Shown: positions 46,721-55,410 of the stretch, in pieces
How positions within the stretch are numbered: the first letter of the stretch is position 1
How the letters are laid out: each line of letters starts with the position of its first letter
DNA from: an uncultured bacterium
GTDB lineage: Bacteria; Patescibacteriota; Minisyncoccia; UBA6257; 2-01-FULL-56-20
DNA length: 64,000 nt
NCBI GenBank assembly: GCA_963768625.1
Contig: CAVYIK010000003.1
Span: forward strand, 129,274-193,273
Direction of reading: 5' to 3'
The notes under the pieces: model-generated
What the model saw: only the letters and a program-made list of their open reading frames with translations
Told to the model about the DNA's origin: nothing
The model's database searches: none
Position numbers and translations under genes: made by a program

Positions 46721-48112
46721 CTACTCCCCGTACAGCGCGTTCAGCTTCGCCTTCGTCTTCGGTCCCACCACTCCATATCCAGGCGCACCAAGAGTGGAAA
46801 TCCCATATTTCAGCTGGAACCGTTCCACGGCTTTTACCGTGAGCACTCCGTAGTAACCGGTGATACGTCCTTCAGGATACACGCTCGGATCTTCCGCAAG
46901 CATGCTCTGGAGCGTGATCACCCGTTGCCCCGTCTGTGCGTAATAGAAGACGCCCGTAACCTGCGGGAATTTTTTACCGGTCGGCGGCGCTGGTGCGGCG
47001 GGCGTTGTTGAAGGCGCCTGCGGCGCTGCCGGAACCGAAGGGATCCCGCCCGCAAACAAAGCGTTCAATTTCGCCCTCGTCTTCGGTCCCACGGCGCCGT
47101 AGCCTGGCCCACCGAGAGAAGTAATCCCATATTTCACCTGGAACCGCTCCACGGCTGTCATGGTAAGCGTCCCATAGTAACCCGTGATGCGTGCTTCAGG
47201 ATAATCCCCGTCAGCGATGAGCGCCTGTTGCAATAAAGAAACATCCGCCCCCTGATCTCCCCACACGAGATTCCTAAGAAAGAGAATTTTCCCGCTATTT
47301 CCGCCGCTGATGCCGGCGCCAGTACCAGTGCCGGTGCCAATACCGCCACCGCCGGTTCCACTCTTCACCGTAATAACTATCTGATTTGAATACGCAGTAT
47401 CTCCGTAGGCGTCCCGCAAGACAGCCACGAGCGTATGAGTACCGCTCGCGAGAGAAGTGGTATCAAGCATCGGGGTGTACGGTGGCGTTGTCGCTTCGCT
47501 GCCTGCCGCCACGCCGTCCACTATCAATCGTACTCCGACAACTTGGGAAAGATTTGTAGCGGAAACAGCGACCGCGACCTGTCCTCCGAGCACCGTATTA
47601 CTCGATGGAGAGGTAATGCTCGCCGAGGTGAATTGAGAAACGTATGGGCCGCCCGAGGGGACGCCGACCGATACGGATGATCCTCCGCCGGAGACGGGCG
47701 GGGTGCTGGTCGACGCCGTAGTGCACTGCGCCCCGGCCGGAGAGATCGTATACGTGGTCGAGCCCGTCGTCTGGCTGATCGTGGTCGATGCGACGCCCGA
47801 GGTGCAACTCGTCGTCACCGTGCCGCCCCCGCTCGAGCTCGCAATCGTGAGATCGAAAGAAGCAGAAGTGAGCGAGAACGTACCGCCCGTGGAAGAAGAA
47901 AGGGTCACCGTGACGTTCCCCGCATTCACGACGAACGTATCGGCGGCCGAATTCGCAACGATCGTGAAATTCGCCACGGGCGAGGTCAAGGAAACCGTCG
48001 TGTTCGTGCTCCATGCGAGTGGCGCCGCCAGGGCCAGCGAGTGCGCGACAAAAACGCCCGCGACGGCAAGGATAAGAAAAAAGATGAATAAATTAAAACG
48101 GGCCATTTCCAA
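46721..48112 (-). CDS. secreted Ser/Thr-rich surface protein with two C-terminal peptidoglycan-binding (PG_binding_1-like) repeats
   Basis: Signal peptide/TM at the N-terminus. Two repeats of ...ITGYYG.LT..AVERFQ.KYGI..LG.PGYG.VGPKT.AKLNAL. Confidence 0.65.
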   Translation of the reverse strand: MEMARFNLFIFFLILAVAGVFVAHSLALAAPLAWSTNTTVSLTSPVANFTIVANSAADTFVVNAGNVTVTLSSSTGGTFSLTSASFDLTIASSSGGGTVTTSCTSGVASTTISQTTGSTTYTISPAGAQCTTASTSTPPVSGGGSSVSVGVPSGGPYVSQFTSASITSPSSNTVLGGQVAVAVSATNLSQVVGVRLIVDGVAAGSEATTPPYTPMLDTTSLASGTHTLVAVLRDAYGDTAYSNQIVITVKSGTGGGGIGTGTGTGAGISGGNSGKILFLRNLVWGDQGADVSLLQQALIADGDYPEARITGYYGTLTMTAVERFQVKYGITSLGGPGYGAVGPKTRAKLNALFAGGIPSVPAAPQAPSTTPAAPAPPTGKKFPQVTGVFYYAQTGQRVITLQSMLAEDPSVYPEGRITGYYGVLTVKAVERFQLKYGISTLGAPGYGVVGPKTKAKLNALYGE

Positions 48113-48118
48113 AAGAAA

Positions 48119-49594
48119 CTACCTGCTGATCCCGACCCCCCTAATCCTTCTCGTGCTCGTAGCGGCACCTCCACCCCCCGTACTGCCCGCCCTGAACGCC
48201 GCCACCTGCGACTGCCAGCCGCTAATAGGGGTGCTGCCGCCCTCAAGATAAGAGTAGGTCCAATTCACGTTTATGGTGCTCGTAGTCGTGTTGTAGTAAT
48301 GCATAAAGCCGCCGTCCTGGTCCAAACCAAGATTTTCATATTGGTCGGTCTGTACGGCATCGAAATAGCCGGTGGAAACGGCGGTGACGGTCTCGCCCGA
48401 CTGCTCGATCCCGCCGATCACAAGCTCGTTCGCCGCACTGGGGGTGATCGACGGGCCGATGACCACGCCGGAGGTGGCAGCCGAGGAGCCCGTGGAGCTC
48501 GAAAAGGTGTCAAAAGGAGTACTGCTCGCCCCCGTAATGTCGTAGAAAGTGAGTATGGGATAGGTCGGGACCGCCGTATGAGAGACCGTGATGGTCGTCG
48601 TGGCGGACGCGGCCGAACTCGATGCATACCAGATCCAGATGGAGTCCTGGCCGTCCGAGTGCGATGTCACGTGGCTCCAGCTGCTCACGTTCGAGCTCGT
48701 CACGTTCGTGGGGACGACGTTCGTTGCGCCGTTCCAGATCATCGCAAGGAGATTGCCGGTGGTAGGCGCTTGGACCGTCATCTTCTGCGGAATGGCGCTC
48801 AGATAGCCTGTCGAACCATCGATGACCTGGACACTCGCCACACGGATGCCGGCCGCGGGAGCGGTGCCAGCGGTCGCTGCCTTGAGGGCGATGGCCGAGG
48901 TGACGCCGCTTGTGATATTGGGGGTAAGCGAGAGGCTGGGATTCACGGCTCCATGGGTGCCCTGGACCTCGTACTGGGTAGAGACCGCCGAAGTGCCGTC
49001 GGCGGTGAGAAGGGTAAAGTTCGAGCCGGCGGTCCAGATCCATGGCTTGCTCGGATTCGAGAAGCCGTCGGCGGCGGCGTATTGGAAGACAAGGTCGCCG
49101 TCCACGGTGGTGGACACGTTGCCGGCGGCGATGGCCCCAACGGTAGCCGTCACGGCGGAACTTGAAGCGTCGAGGACGGTCGAACTCACGGTGGAAATGT
49201 TGTACCACTCGCTCGCAACGCACTGGACATAGGCAGCGCCACCACTGGGGGTGACCGTGATCTGCCGGGTGCCTGAGGCGATGTTCACGGCGTAGAAGGT
49301 TTGGGCGCTGGCATTGGTCCCATCCTGGGCAACGGGACCGCTCTTCCATGCATTACTTTTATCGTCGGTCACCGTGACCGTGGTGGCGCTGCCCCATGTA
49401 CACCCGAGGATCAATGCGTTGCCGGTGAGAGTGGGGTCCGGCAGGTTCATTTTCCAGTAGGCAATGGTGGTAGCGCCCATGAGAGGGTGGCTCACGGACT
49501 GAACGAGGGTGGGCGTCGCGGCATGGGCGACCGAGTGGAAAAAGCAAAGAGTGGCCGCCGCGCCAAAAAATAATAATGACTTACGCATGCGCAT
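48119..49594 (-). CDS. secreted Ser/Thr-rich surface protein (hypothetical)
   Basis: 491 aa with a signal peptide and low-complexity T/S/A/G-rich composition. Confidence 0.55.
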   Translation of the reverse strand: MRMRKSLLFFGAAATLCFFHSVAHAATPTLVQSVSHPLMGATTIAYWKMNLPDPTLTGNALILGCTWGSATTVTVTDDKSNAWKSGPVAQDGTNASAQTFYAVNIASGTRQITVTPSGGAAYVQCVASEWYNISTVSSTVLDASSSAVTATVGAIAAGNVSTTVDGDLVFQYAAADGFSNPSKPWIWTAGSNFTLLTADGTSAVSTQYEVQGTHGAVNPSLSLTPNITSGVTSAIALKAATAGTAPAAGIRVASVQVIDGSTGYLSAIPQKMTVQAPTTGNLLAMIWNGATNVVPTNVTSSNVSSWSHVTSHSDGQDSIWIWYASSSAASATTTITVSHTAVPTYPILTFYDITGASSTPFDTFSSSTGSSAATSGVVIGPSITPSAANELVIGGIEQSGETVTAVSTGYFDAVQTDQYENLGLDQDGGFMHYYNTTTSTINVNWTYSYLEGGSTPISGWQSQVAAFRAGSTGGGGAATSTRRIRGVGISR

Positions 49595-50877
49595 TATGGC
49601 AGCGCTTGATAAGAAACCGTCATCGTGAACTGTGAGCTTGATGCGGCGGAGGTGACAAACCGGAATACGTCTCCGGCGGCGAAGGTGGTAGAACCGTTGA
49701 TGGTAAGGATCGAAGCCGTCGTGGTCGCCGTTACGGCTTGGTTCGAAGTGAAGGCCGCCTTGGAGGTCGAGCTCGCGTTGCTCCTGCTTGCGTTCCAGAC
49801 AACGTTGAAGGTCACTGTGTCGCCGGTCGATTTATTGACGGCGGCTATTCTTGTTATCTTCCCGTTCATGTCGGCGATCCAGAACGCATCGTCCTCGGTC
49901 GAGGTCGGGTTTTCTATGATCCATTGCAGCGTGGAGGTGGGATTGAGCGCGAGAATGTTCGTCCCGTCGTAGTATTCAAGCGTTGAGGTAGCGGTCCTCA
50001 CCACAACCTGCCCGGCGACCGTGAGCGCGGTAGAAGTGGGGATCTGGAGCCGCGTGGTTACGTTCAGGTTGGCGATGGTTGAAGTACCGATGGAGAGCAA
50101 GTCCGTCGAGCTCGTGTAAGCAAGCGTTGAATAGCCGCTGAGCGTGGTCGTTGTGTTATAGACCGCAAGGAATGTTGATGTGCCGTTCCCAGAAATGCCC
50201 GACGTCGACGTCACGTACTTGTTCCCGGAGGCGTCGAAGAGCGTGGGAATGGTGGCGGAGGCAATATAGGTATTGCCCGAAGATGAAACGTTGCTGCTGA
50301 ATGTCTCAATGCCGGTAAAAGCAAAGTTGGCACTGGTATCGAGCGGCGGCGCAGCATCGGAACGCATGAAGGTGGCCGCCGAGCCGTTGACCGTTGAAAC
50401 TCCCACTTTCGCGGTCGTTGGACTCGCCGCAGTAGGCGGTGCGGATCCGCTTGACTGCGCGGTCGCGCGGCCATATGCATCAAAGGTGGCTGAACAATAC
50501 GTGCAGGCCCCCGCGGTCACGCCGGAGGATGCGAGCGTGAGAGTGGTCGTTGCCCCGCTCACGGTCGAGCTGATCTGCCCGGCCGTCCCGACGACAAAAG
50601 ATGCGGACGTCGACGTCACGTACTTGTTCCCGGAGGCGTCGACTAAATTTCCAATGATGATGCCCCCCGAGAAAGTCGTGCTGACCCCGCTCCGTCCGAT
50701 GGCGATCGTCGTGGCATTCGTACCGCCGATGGTAAGTGCCCCGCTGTTATCAATAGTAAGTGCCGCGTCCCCCGTTACGTTGTTCGCGGTGAACGTGAGC
50801 GCGCCGAAGGATACGGAAGCCCCGAGAAGCGCCGCGACCGCAAAAAATATCAAAAAAACAAGGGCTAGTTTTTTCAT
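49594..50877 (-). CDS. secreted Ser/Thr-rich surface protein (hypothetical)
   Basis: 427 aa with a signal peptide and repetitive ...DASGNKYVTSTS... segments. Confidence 0.55.
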   Translation of the reverse strand: MKKLALVFLIFFAVAALLGASVSFGALTFTANNVTGDAALTIDNSGALTIGGTNATTIAIGRSGVSTTFSGGIIIGNLVDASGNKYVTSTSASFVVGTAGQISSTVSGATTTLTLASSGVTAGACTYCSATFDAYGRATAQSSGSAPPTAASPTTAKVGVSTVNGSAATFMRSDAAPPLDTSANFAFTGIETFSSNVSSSGNTYIASATIPTLFDASGNKYVTSTSGISGNGTSTFLAVYNTTTTLSGYSTLAYTSSTDLLSIGTSTIANLNVTTRLQIPTSTALTVAGQVVVRTATSTLEYYDGTNILALNPTSTLQWIIENPTSTEDDAFWIADMNGKITRIAAVNKSTGDTVTFNVVWNASRSNASSTSKAAFTSNQAVTATTTASILTINGSTTFAAGDVFRFVTSAASSSQFTMTVSYQALP

Positions 50878-50928
50878 CTTCTCTTAAGGTTTCATTATAT
50901 CATAAGGTATGCCGCGACCATCCACCCA

Positions 50929-50961
50929 TAAAAAACCGTCGACCTCTGGGGGGGTCGACGG
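50929..50961 (-). terminator. intrinsic terminator (CCGUCGACC-loop-GGUCGACGG + U-tract on the minus strand)
   Basis: 9-bp GC stem preceded on the plus strand by an A7 run, directly downstream of STAS gene 50982..51350. Confidence 0.6.
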
Positions 50962-50981
50962 GAAATCGTTGCGGGCGGAGG

Positions 50982-51350
50982 TTATCTCTTTTGCGTGAAA
51001 CTTTCTATGGCTTCGTCTTTGTGAGAGCAGATCGTGAATTCGCCGTCCGGCATCCACGCTTTCGTCTCATGTCTTATGGTGTTCCCCATCTTAGGCCAAG
51101 CGATTATCTTAAACAAACGTCCGTCGCGCTTGCACATGTTCCGTGCTTCGACGAGCGCTTGAAAGCCCTTTCTGTCGATCAACACGATCCTCTTGAGATT
51201 CACCGCCACGTGCAGGCAGTCCTCCAGCGCCTGGGCGACTTCCTCCACGAGGAAATGACCTCGTAACAAATGGCCGTGTACGTTGAGAAATCTGGCGATC
51301 CTTATCCTATTCTGATAAAGATCTTCCCTGACTATTCCGTTCGGATTCAA
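50982..51350 (-). CDS. STAS-domain protein (anti-sigma-factor antagonist-like)
   Basis: 122 aa; LIDRKGFQALVEARNMCKRDGRLFKI resembles the SpoIIAA/STAS fold pattern. Confidence 0.5.
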   Translation of the reverse strand: MNPNGIVREDLYQNRIRIARFLNVHGHLLRGHFLVEEVAQALEDCLHVAVNLKRIVLIDRKGFQALVEARNMCKRDGRLFKIIAWPKMGNTIRHETKAWMPDGEFTICSHKDEAIESFTQKR

Positions 51351-51494
51351 AGAAAACCTCCTTCGTGCTGTTTATAATACTACCGGCACATACAAATTGT
51401 TTCAATGATATCCCCGAAACCAGCGCGGCCTCCGGAAGCATTCCGGAGGCCGCGCGTATTTTGTTCCCGCCTTGTCCCCGCAAAAACCGTCTGC

Positions 51495-51824
51495 CTACTT
51501 ACCCGTCAGTGTCGTGCTCGTCCCCTGCTGCATCATGCCGTTGCCGTTATAGACGCGCAATCCCATCATGCCGGGACCCGTGGGCACAGCCCCGTTCATG
51601 CCGTATCCGTACGGCGTTCGCATCATCATGTAGCCGCCGTGCCGCCCATATCCGCCGAAAGCGCCTCTCAGCTCGCCGAGTTTCACGCCTGCCGCAAAAA
51701 CGAATATGAGGACGATGATCCCGATGAGGACCCAGAGCAGAACCCGGTGGCCGCCGTGCTTGCACATGTAGCAACCGCAGCCTTCGCCGCAGACGCACTC
51801 GCCCTTATTGTCCTTATTTTCCAT
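51495..51824 (-). CDS. small membrane protein with an N-terminal Cys cluster and a Gly/Met/Tyr-rich tail (putative metal-binding)
   Basis: CVCGEGCGCYMC..H, then one TM helix, then GGYGRHGGYMMMRTPYGYGMNG...GPGMMG...GNGMMQQG. Confidence 0.45.
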   Translation of the reverse strand: MENKDNKGECVCGEGCGCYMCKHGGHRVLLWVLIGIIVLIFVFAAGVKLGELRGAFGGYGRHGGYMMMRTPYGYGMNGAVPTGPGMMGLRVYNGNGMMQQGTSTTLTGK

Positions 51825-51951
51825 TTGGGTTGTTCTGAATGTTTAAAAATAGACGACCTTTCGATGCCTTCTATTATAGTACGTGCGCCAAGCCCTCTTT
51901 GGTGCAAGCCAGTGCTGCATTATATAATCACATCATACGACCACAACGGCC

Positions 51952-52986
51952 ATGAAAATACTTGCGATTGAAACTTCCTGCGACGAGACGGGCATAGCTC
52001 TTCTTGAGGCCGCGGGCGCCGGGCGGACATCGGGTGGGATACCCCACTTCCGGGTACTCCACAATCTCGTCGCCTCGCAGATAAAGATCCACCGGCCGTT
52101 CGGCGGCGTGGTGCCGAACCTCGCAAAGCGCGAGCACCTGAAGAATCTCCCAATCCTCTTTGCAAAACTTCCCGAGATGAAACCTGATCTCATCACGGTC
52201 ACGGTTGGCCCGGGCCTGGAACCCGCGCTCTGGACCGGCATCGGCTTCGCAAAAGAGCTTGCGAAGCGATTGAAGGTGCCGCTTGTGGGCGCGAACCACC
52301 TTGAGGGCCACCTCTATAGTTTTCTTTTGCCCCCTTCAAAGGCGGCGGGCATGCGCGCGAAAGATATTTTTCCCGCAGTGGCGCTCATCGTAAGCGGCGG
52401 GCATACTATTCTCCTCCGAGTGAAGTCGCTTACAAAGTGGCGGCGGCTCGGCGAAACGCGCGACGACGCGGCGGGCGAAGCGTTCGATAAGGTAGCGCGG
52501 CTGCTTGCGCTTCCCTACCCCGGCGGGCCGGAGATAGAGAAACTGGCGCGTCGCGGCGATCCGAAGGCGATCGCATTCCCTCGTCCGATGCTCAATCACA
52601 AAAGCTATGATTTCAGTTTCTCCGGCCTCAAGACCTCCGTCCTCTATTATGTACGCGACCATAAGGACGTGAACCGAAGCGCCGCGCGAAAGGCTGACGT
52701 TGCGGCATCATTTGAAGAAGCCGCGCTTGACGTGCTTGTCCTAAAAACCATCCGCGCCGCAATGGCGACGGGCGCGCGGTCCATCCTGCTCTCCGGCGGC
52801 GTCGCCGCGAACCAGACATTGCGCACGCGCCTCCAAAAAGCGGCGAAGAGGATCAACTGCAATTGTTTTGTTCCCGCTCCCACCTACAACCTGGACAATG
52901 CCGCGATGATCGGCGCCGCAGGATACTTCGCCCATCTCCGCAAAAAACACTACCGCCTCGCGGCAAAGGGAGATCTTGCGATCTGA
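51952..52986 (+). CDS. tsaD: tRNA N6-adenosine threonylcarbamoyltransferase TsaD (Kae1/YgjD family)
   Basis: MKILAIETSCDETGIALLE..., HLEGHL metal-binding histidines; 344 aa. Confidence 0.85.
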   Translation: MKILAIETSCDETGIALLEAAGAGRTSGGIPHFRVLHNLVASQIKIHRPFGGVVPNLAKREHLKNLPILFAKLPEMKPDLITVTVGPGLEPALWTGIGFAKELAKRLKVPLVGANHLEGHLYSFLLPPSKAAGMRAKDIFPAVALIVSGGHTILLRVKSLTKWRRLGETRDDAAGEAFDKVARLLALPYPGGPEIEKLARRGDPKAIAFPRPMLNHKSYDFSFSGLKTSVLYYVRDHKDVNRSAARKADVAASFEEAALDVLVLKTIRAAMATGARSILLSGGVAANQTLRTRLQKAAKRINCNCFVPAPTYNLDNAAMIGAAGYFAHLRKKHYRLAAKGDLAI

Positions 52987-53002
52987 CCGGCCGACCGCGG
53001 CG

Positions 53003-53806
53003 TTACCCGCCGCGCGCGAAATATATCGCAAGAATAACCAAGGCGAGGACCGCAACCGCGCCTACTGTTATGCAGACCAGCAAGAATTTTCTGCCGGACT
53101 TCGCTGCCGGGTTCGCGGCACCGGCCGCGCCTGCCGTGCCCGCTTTCAGCCGGCGCAAGTTCTCATATATTGTGAAGGCGTAGCAAGTTCCGAATGTAGT
53201 GAAACAGAGGAAAAGCACAAAATAGACCACGGTGCCCGTGAGCAACCCGAAAAGCACCACGGAGGGCACATAGAGCAGGGCGAGCAAAAAGCCGAATAGT
53301 ATCCCGAGGAGGATGACCCTTCCGACAACGGCCCACCAATATCCCTTTATATATTCCTTGCTTTCCAAAAGCGCCTGCATTCCGTGCTTGTCTTCAACGA
53401 CAAGCACATAGGTCGCGAACATGAGCCCGATGCCGAGGATGATGGCGGGAACAATGAGGAGCACGAAGCCGCCGGCGATCGCAAGGATTTCTAAAATGCA
53501 TATCCATGCCGCTGCCCAGAAGAGCTTTAGGCCCACGCGATAAGAGGTCACGACGTCCGTCCCGTGCGCAAGCGCATTAATGAGCGCAAGCGATGCGATG
53601 AGGGACGCGATCGAACCCACGATGGAAAATATCTCGCCCCAGGCCCCCGCGGAAGCGGAGGTTGTTTTCCCCGTGAGAAGCAGCTGTCCCAAAAAGAAGA
53701 TGACGCTCGGCCCGAAAAATATCCAAATCAACGCCCAGAAGCGTTCTTTGTATCGCCGCCATGCGCCCGCGAAGAGCGCATCCAATGTGTCCATTTTCAT
53801 CATTGT
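53003..53806 (-). CDS. hypothetical polytopic membrane protein
   Basis: About 6 TM helices. Start taken at the internal Met so that it overlaps the upstream gene stop by 4 nt. Confidence 0.45.
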   Translation of the reverse strand, partial: TMMKMDTLDALFAGAWRRYKERFWALIWIFFGPSVIFFLGQLLLTGKTTSASAGAWGEIFSIVGSIASLIASLALINALAHGTDVVTSYRVGLKLFWAAAWICILEILAIAGGFVLLIVPAIILGIGLMFATYVLVVEDKHGMQALLESKEYIKGYWWAVVGRVILLGILFGFLLALLYVPSVVLFGLLTGTVVYFVLFLCFTTFGTCYAFTIYENLRRLKAGTAGAAGAANPAAKSGRKFLLVCITVGAVAVLALVILAIYFARGG

Positions 53807-55344
53807 AGTACGTTCAATGCCCTTCTTGTCCTTGCCCCGACCAATCCCCAGCCGGTCGTAGAGGGGCTTCCCGAGCAAACGATGTTCGCCGCGCACTGGA
53901 ATTGCTGTACCGCTTTCTGCGTAAGTGACCCGAAGAAACCTGTTCCGTAGGCCGCGCCGAGATAGCCGTGCGCGATGAGCACATTCTGTAGCTCCGTTAC
54001 CTGGCTACCGCGGAGGCCGTAATAAATGAGGGTGGTGAAGGCGGGAGCGGAAGGCGTGGGCGTTGAAACCGGCACCGGCGTTGGCGTGGGAGTCGGCGTG
54101 GGTACGAGAGCAGGCATCGTGACAATAATAGGGGTCGTTGCCACCGGCGTCACCGTGAGCGTTGTCGCCGCGACGGATCCCTGCGCCGAGATGTTCCCCG
54201 CCGCGTCGTATGCCTTCACGGCATACGTATAGGTAGTGCTCGTGGCGAGGCCGTAGTCCGTATATGTAGTGGATGCCGTGCTCGCGATCTCTACGCCGTT
54301 CCGGAAAAGATAATATCCCGCGACTTTGACATTGTCCGTGGAGGGCTGCCACGCAAGCGTTATCTGCGAAGCGGAGACGGGCGTAGCCGCGAGGCCGCTC
54401 GGGATGGAAGGCGGCGTGTAATCCTGCGCCTGCGTCGTCACATTCACCTGCGCGCTCGCGGCCGAATGGTTGCCGACAATGTCATATGCGACCACCCAAT
54501 AATAATGAGTGGATTGTTGCGCAAGGCCGCCGTCGAAATACGAAGTGGTGGATGAAATGACGCTCGCGATCTGGTTTCCGTCGCGATATATATAGTATCC
54601 CCCGATGCCCGTGTTGTCCGTGGAAGGCTGCCAGCTTACCACAACGGCACTGGACGAGGTCGCGACCGCGGAAACGCCGGTGGGCGTCGAAGGTGGGGTG
54701 ACGTCAAAGATGGCCGTAGCGGTTACCCCATTCGAATGGTTCGACACATTCCCCGCCGCGTCGTAGGCAGTGACAGTATAGGAATAGGTGGTGCCGGGCG
54801 CGAGCCCCGTGTCCGTATAGGTGGTTCCCGTGATGGCGGATGGTGTCACGATCTGCTTGCCGCTCCGATAAATATAGTAACCGACAACGGCAACGTTATC
54901 GGCAGCCCCTTGCCACGCGAGAGTGATGGTGGAAGAGCCTGCGGTTGCCGTGAGATTTTGCGGGGTTGTCGGCGGCATGGTATCCGGCAGCACCGAGAGC
55001 GGCGCGGTCGTATTTGATTGGGAAGAAATGCTTCCCGTGGAATCGTAGGCGGTAACGGAGTAGGAATAGACGCCGGCAGGGACGGTGTCGAGATAATAGG
55101 TCCAGCCGGGTATGCTCGCGATCATCGAGCCGTTGCGGTAGAGATAGTACCCCTCTATGGCTGCGCCCGGAGTGCCATCCGAAGCGGCGCTCCATGAAAC
55201 ATAGATCTGTCCCGATTGGTTCACGTACGCCGAAATGCTTGCGGGCGTTGACGGGCCCGGCGTCACCGCCTGCTGGGCCAAAGCCGCGGCCGTAAGGACG
55301 CAGAGCCCCGCGCACACCGCACCGACGATCGCAATGTTTTTCAT
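53800..55344 (-). CDS. secreted protein with about 4 fibronectin type III-like repeats and a C-terminal peptidoglycan-binding domain
   Basis: Signal peptide. Repeated ...P.TP.GLSA...VSW..S.DN..V.GYY.YR.G..IA motif four times. C-terminal LQNVLIAHGYLGAAYGTGFFGSLTQKAVQQFQ. Confidence 0.65.
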   Translation of the reverse strand: MKNIAIVGAVCAGLCVLTAAALAQQAVTPGPSTPASISAYVNQSGQIYVSWSAASDGTPGAAIEGYYLYRNGSMIASIPGWTYYLDTVPAGVYSYSVTAYDSTGSISSQSNTTAPLSVLPDTMPPTTPQNLTATAGSSTITLAWQGAADNVAVVGYYIYRSGKQIVTPSAITGTTYTDTGLAPGTTYSYTVTAYDAAGNVSNHSNGVTATAIFDVTPPSTPTGVSAVATSSSAVVVSWQPSTDNTGIGGYYIYRDGNQIASVISSTTSYFDGGLAQQSTHYYWVVAYDIVGNHSAASAQVNVTTQAQDYTPPSIPSGLAATPVSASQITLAWQPSTDNVKVAGYYLFRNGVEIASTASTTYTDYGLATSTTYTYAVKAYDAAGNISAQGSVAATTLTVTPVATTPIIVTMPALVPTPTPTPTPVPVSTPTPSAPAFTTLIYYGLRGSQVTELQNVLIAHGYLGAAYGTGFFGSLTQKAVQQFQCAANIVCSGSPSTTGWGLVGARTRRALNVLQ

Positions 55345-55410
55345 ATCTTTATTATATCAATTCGGGTGGAACAAATGAGGTTTTAATCCTATAATCCAGA
55401 TGATATCGCT

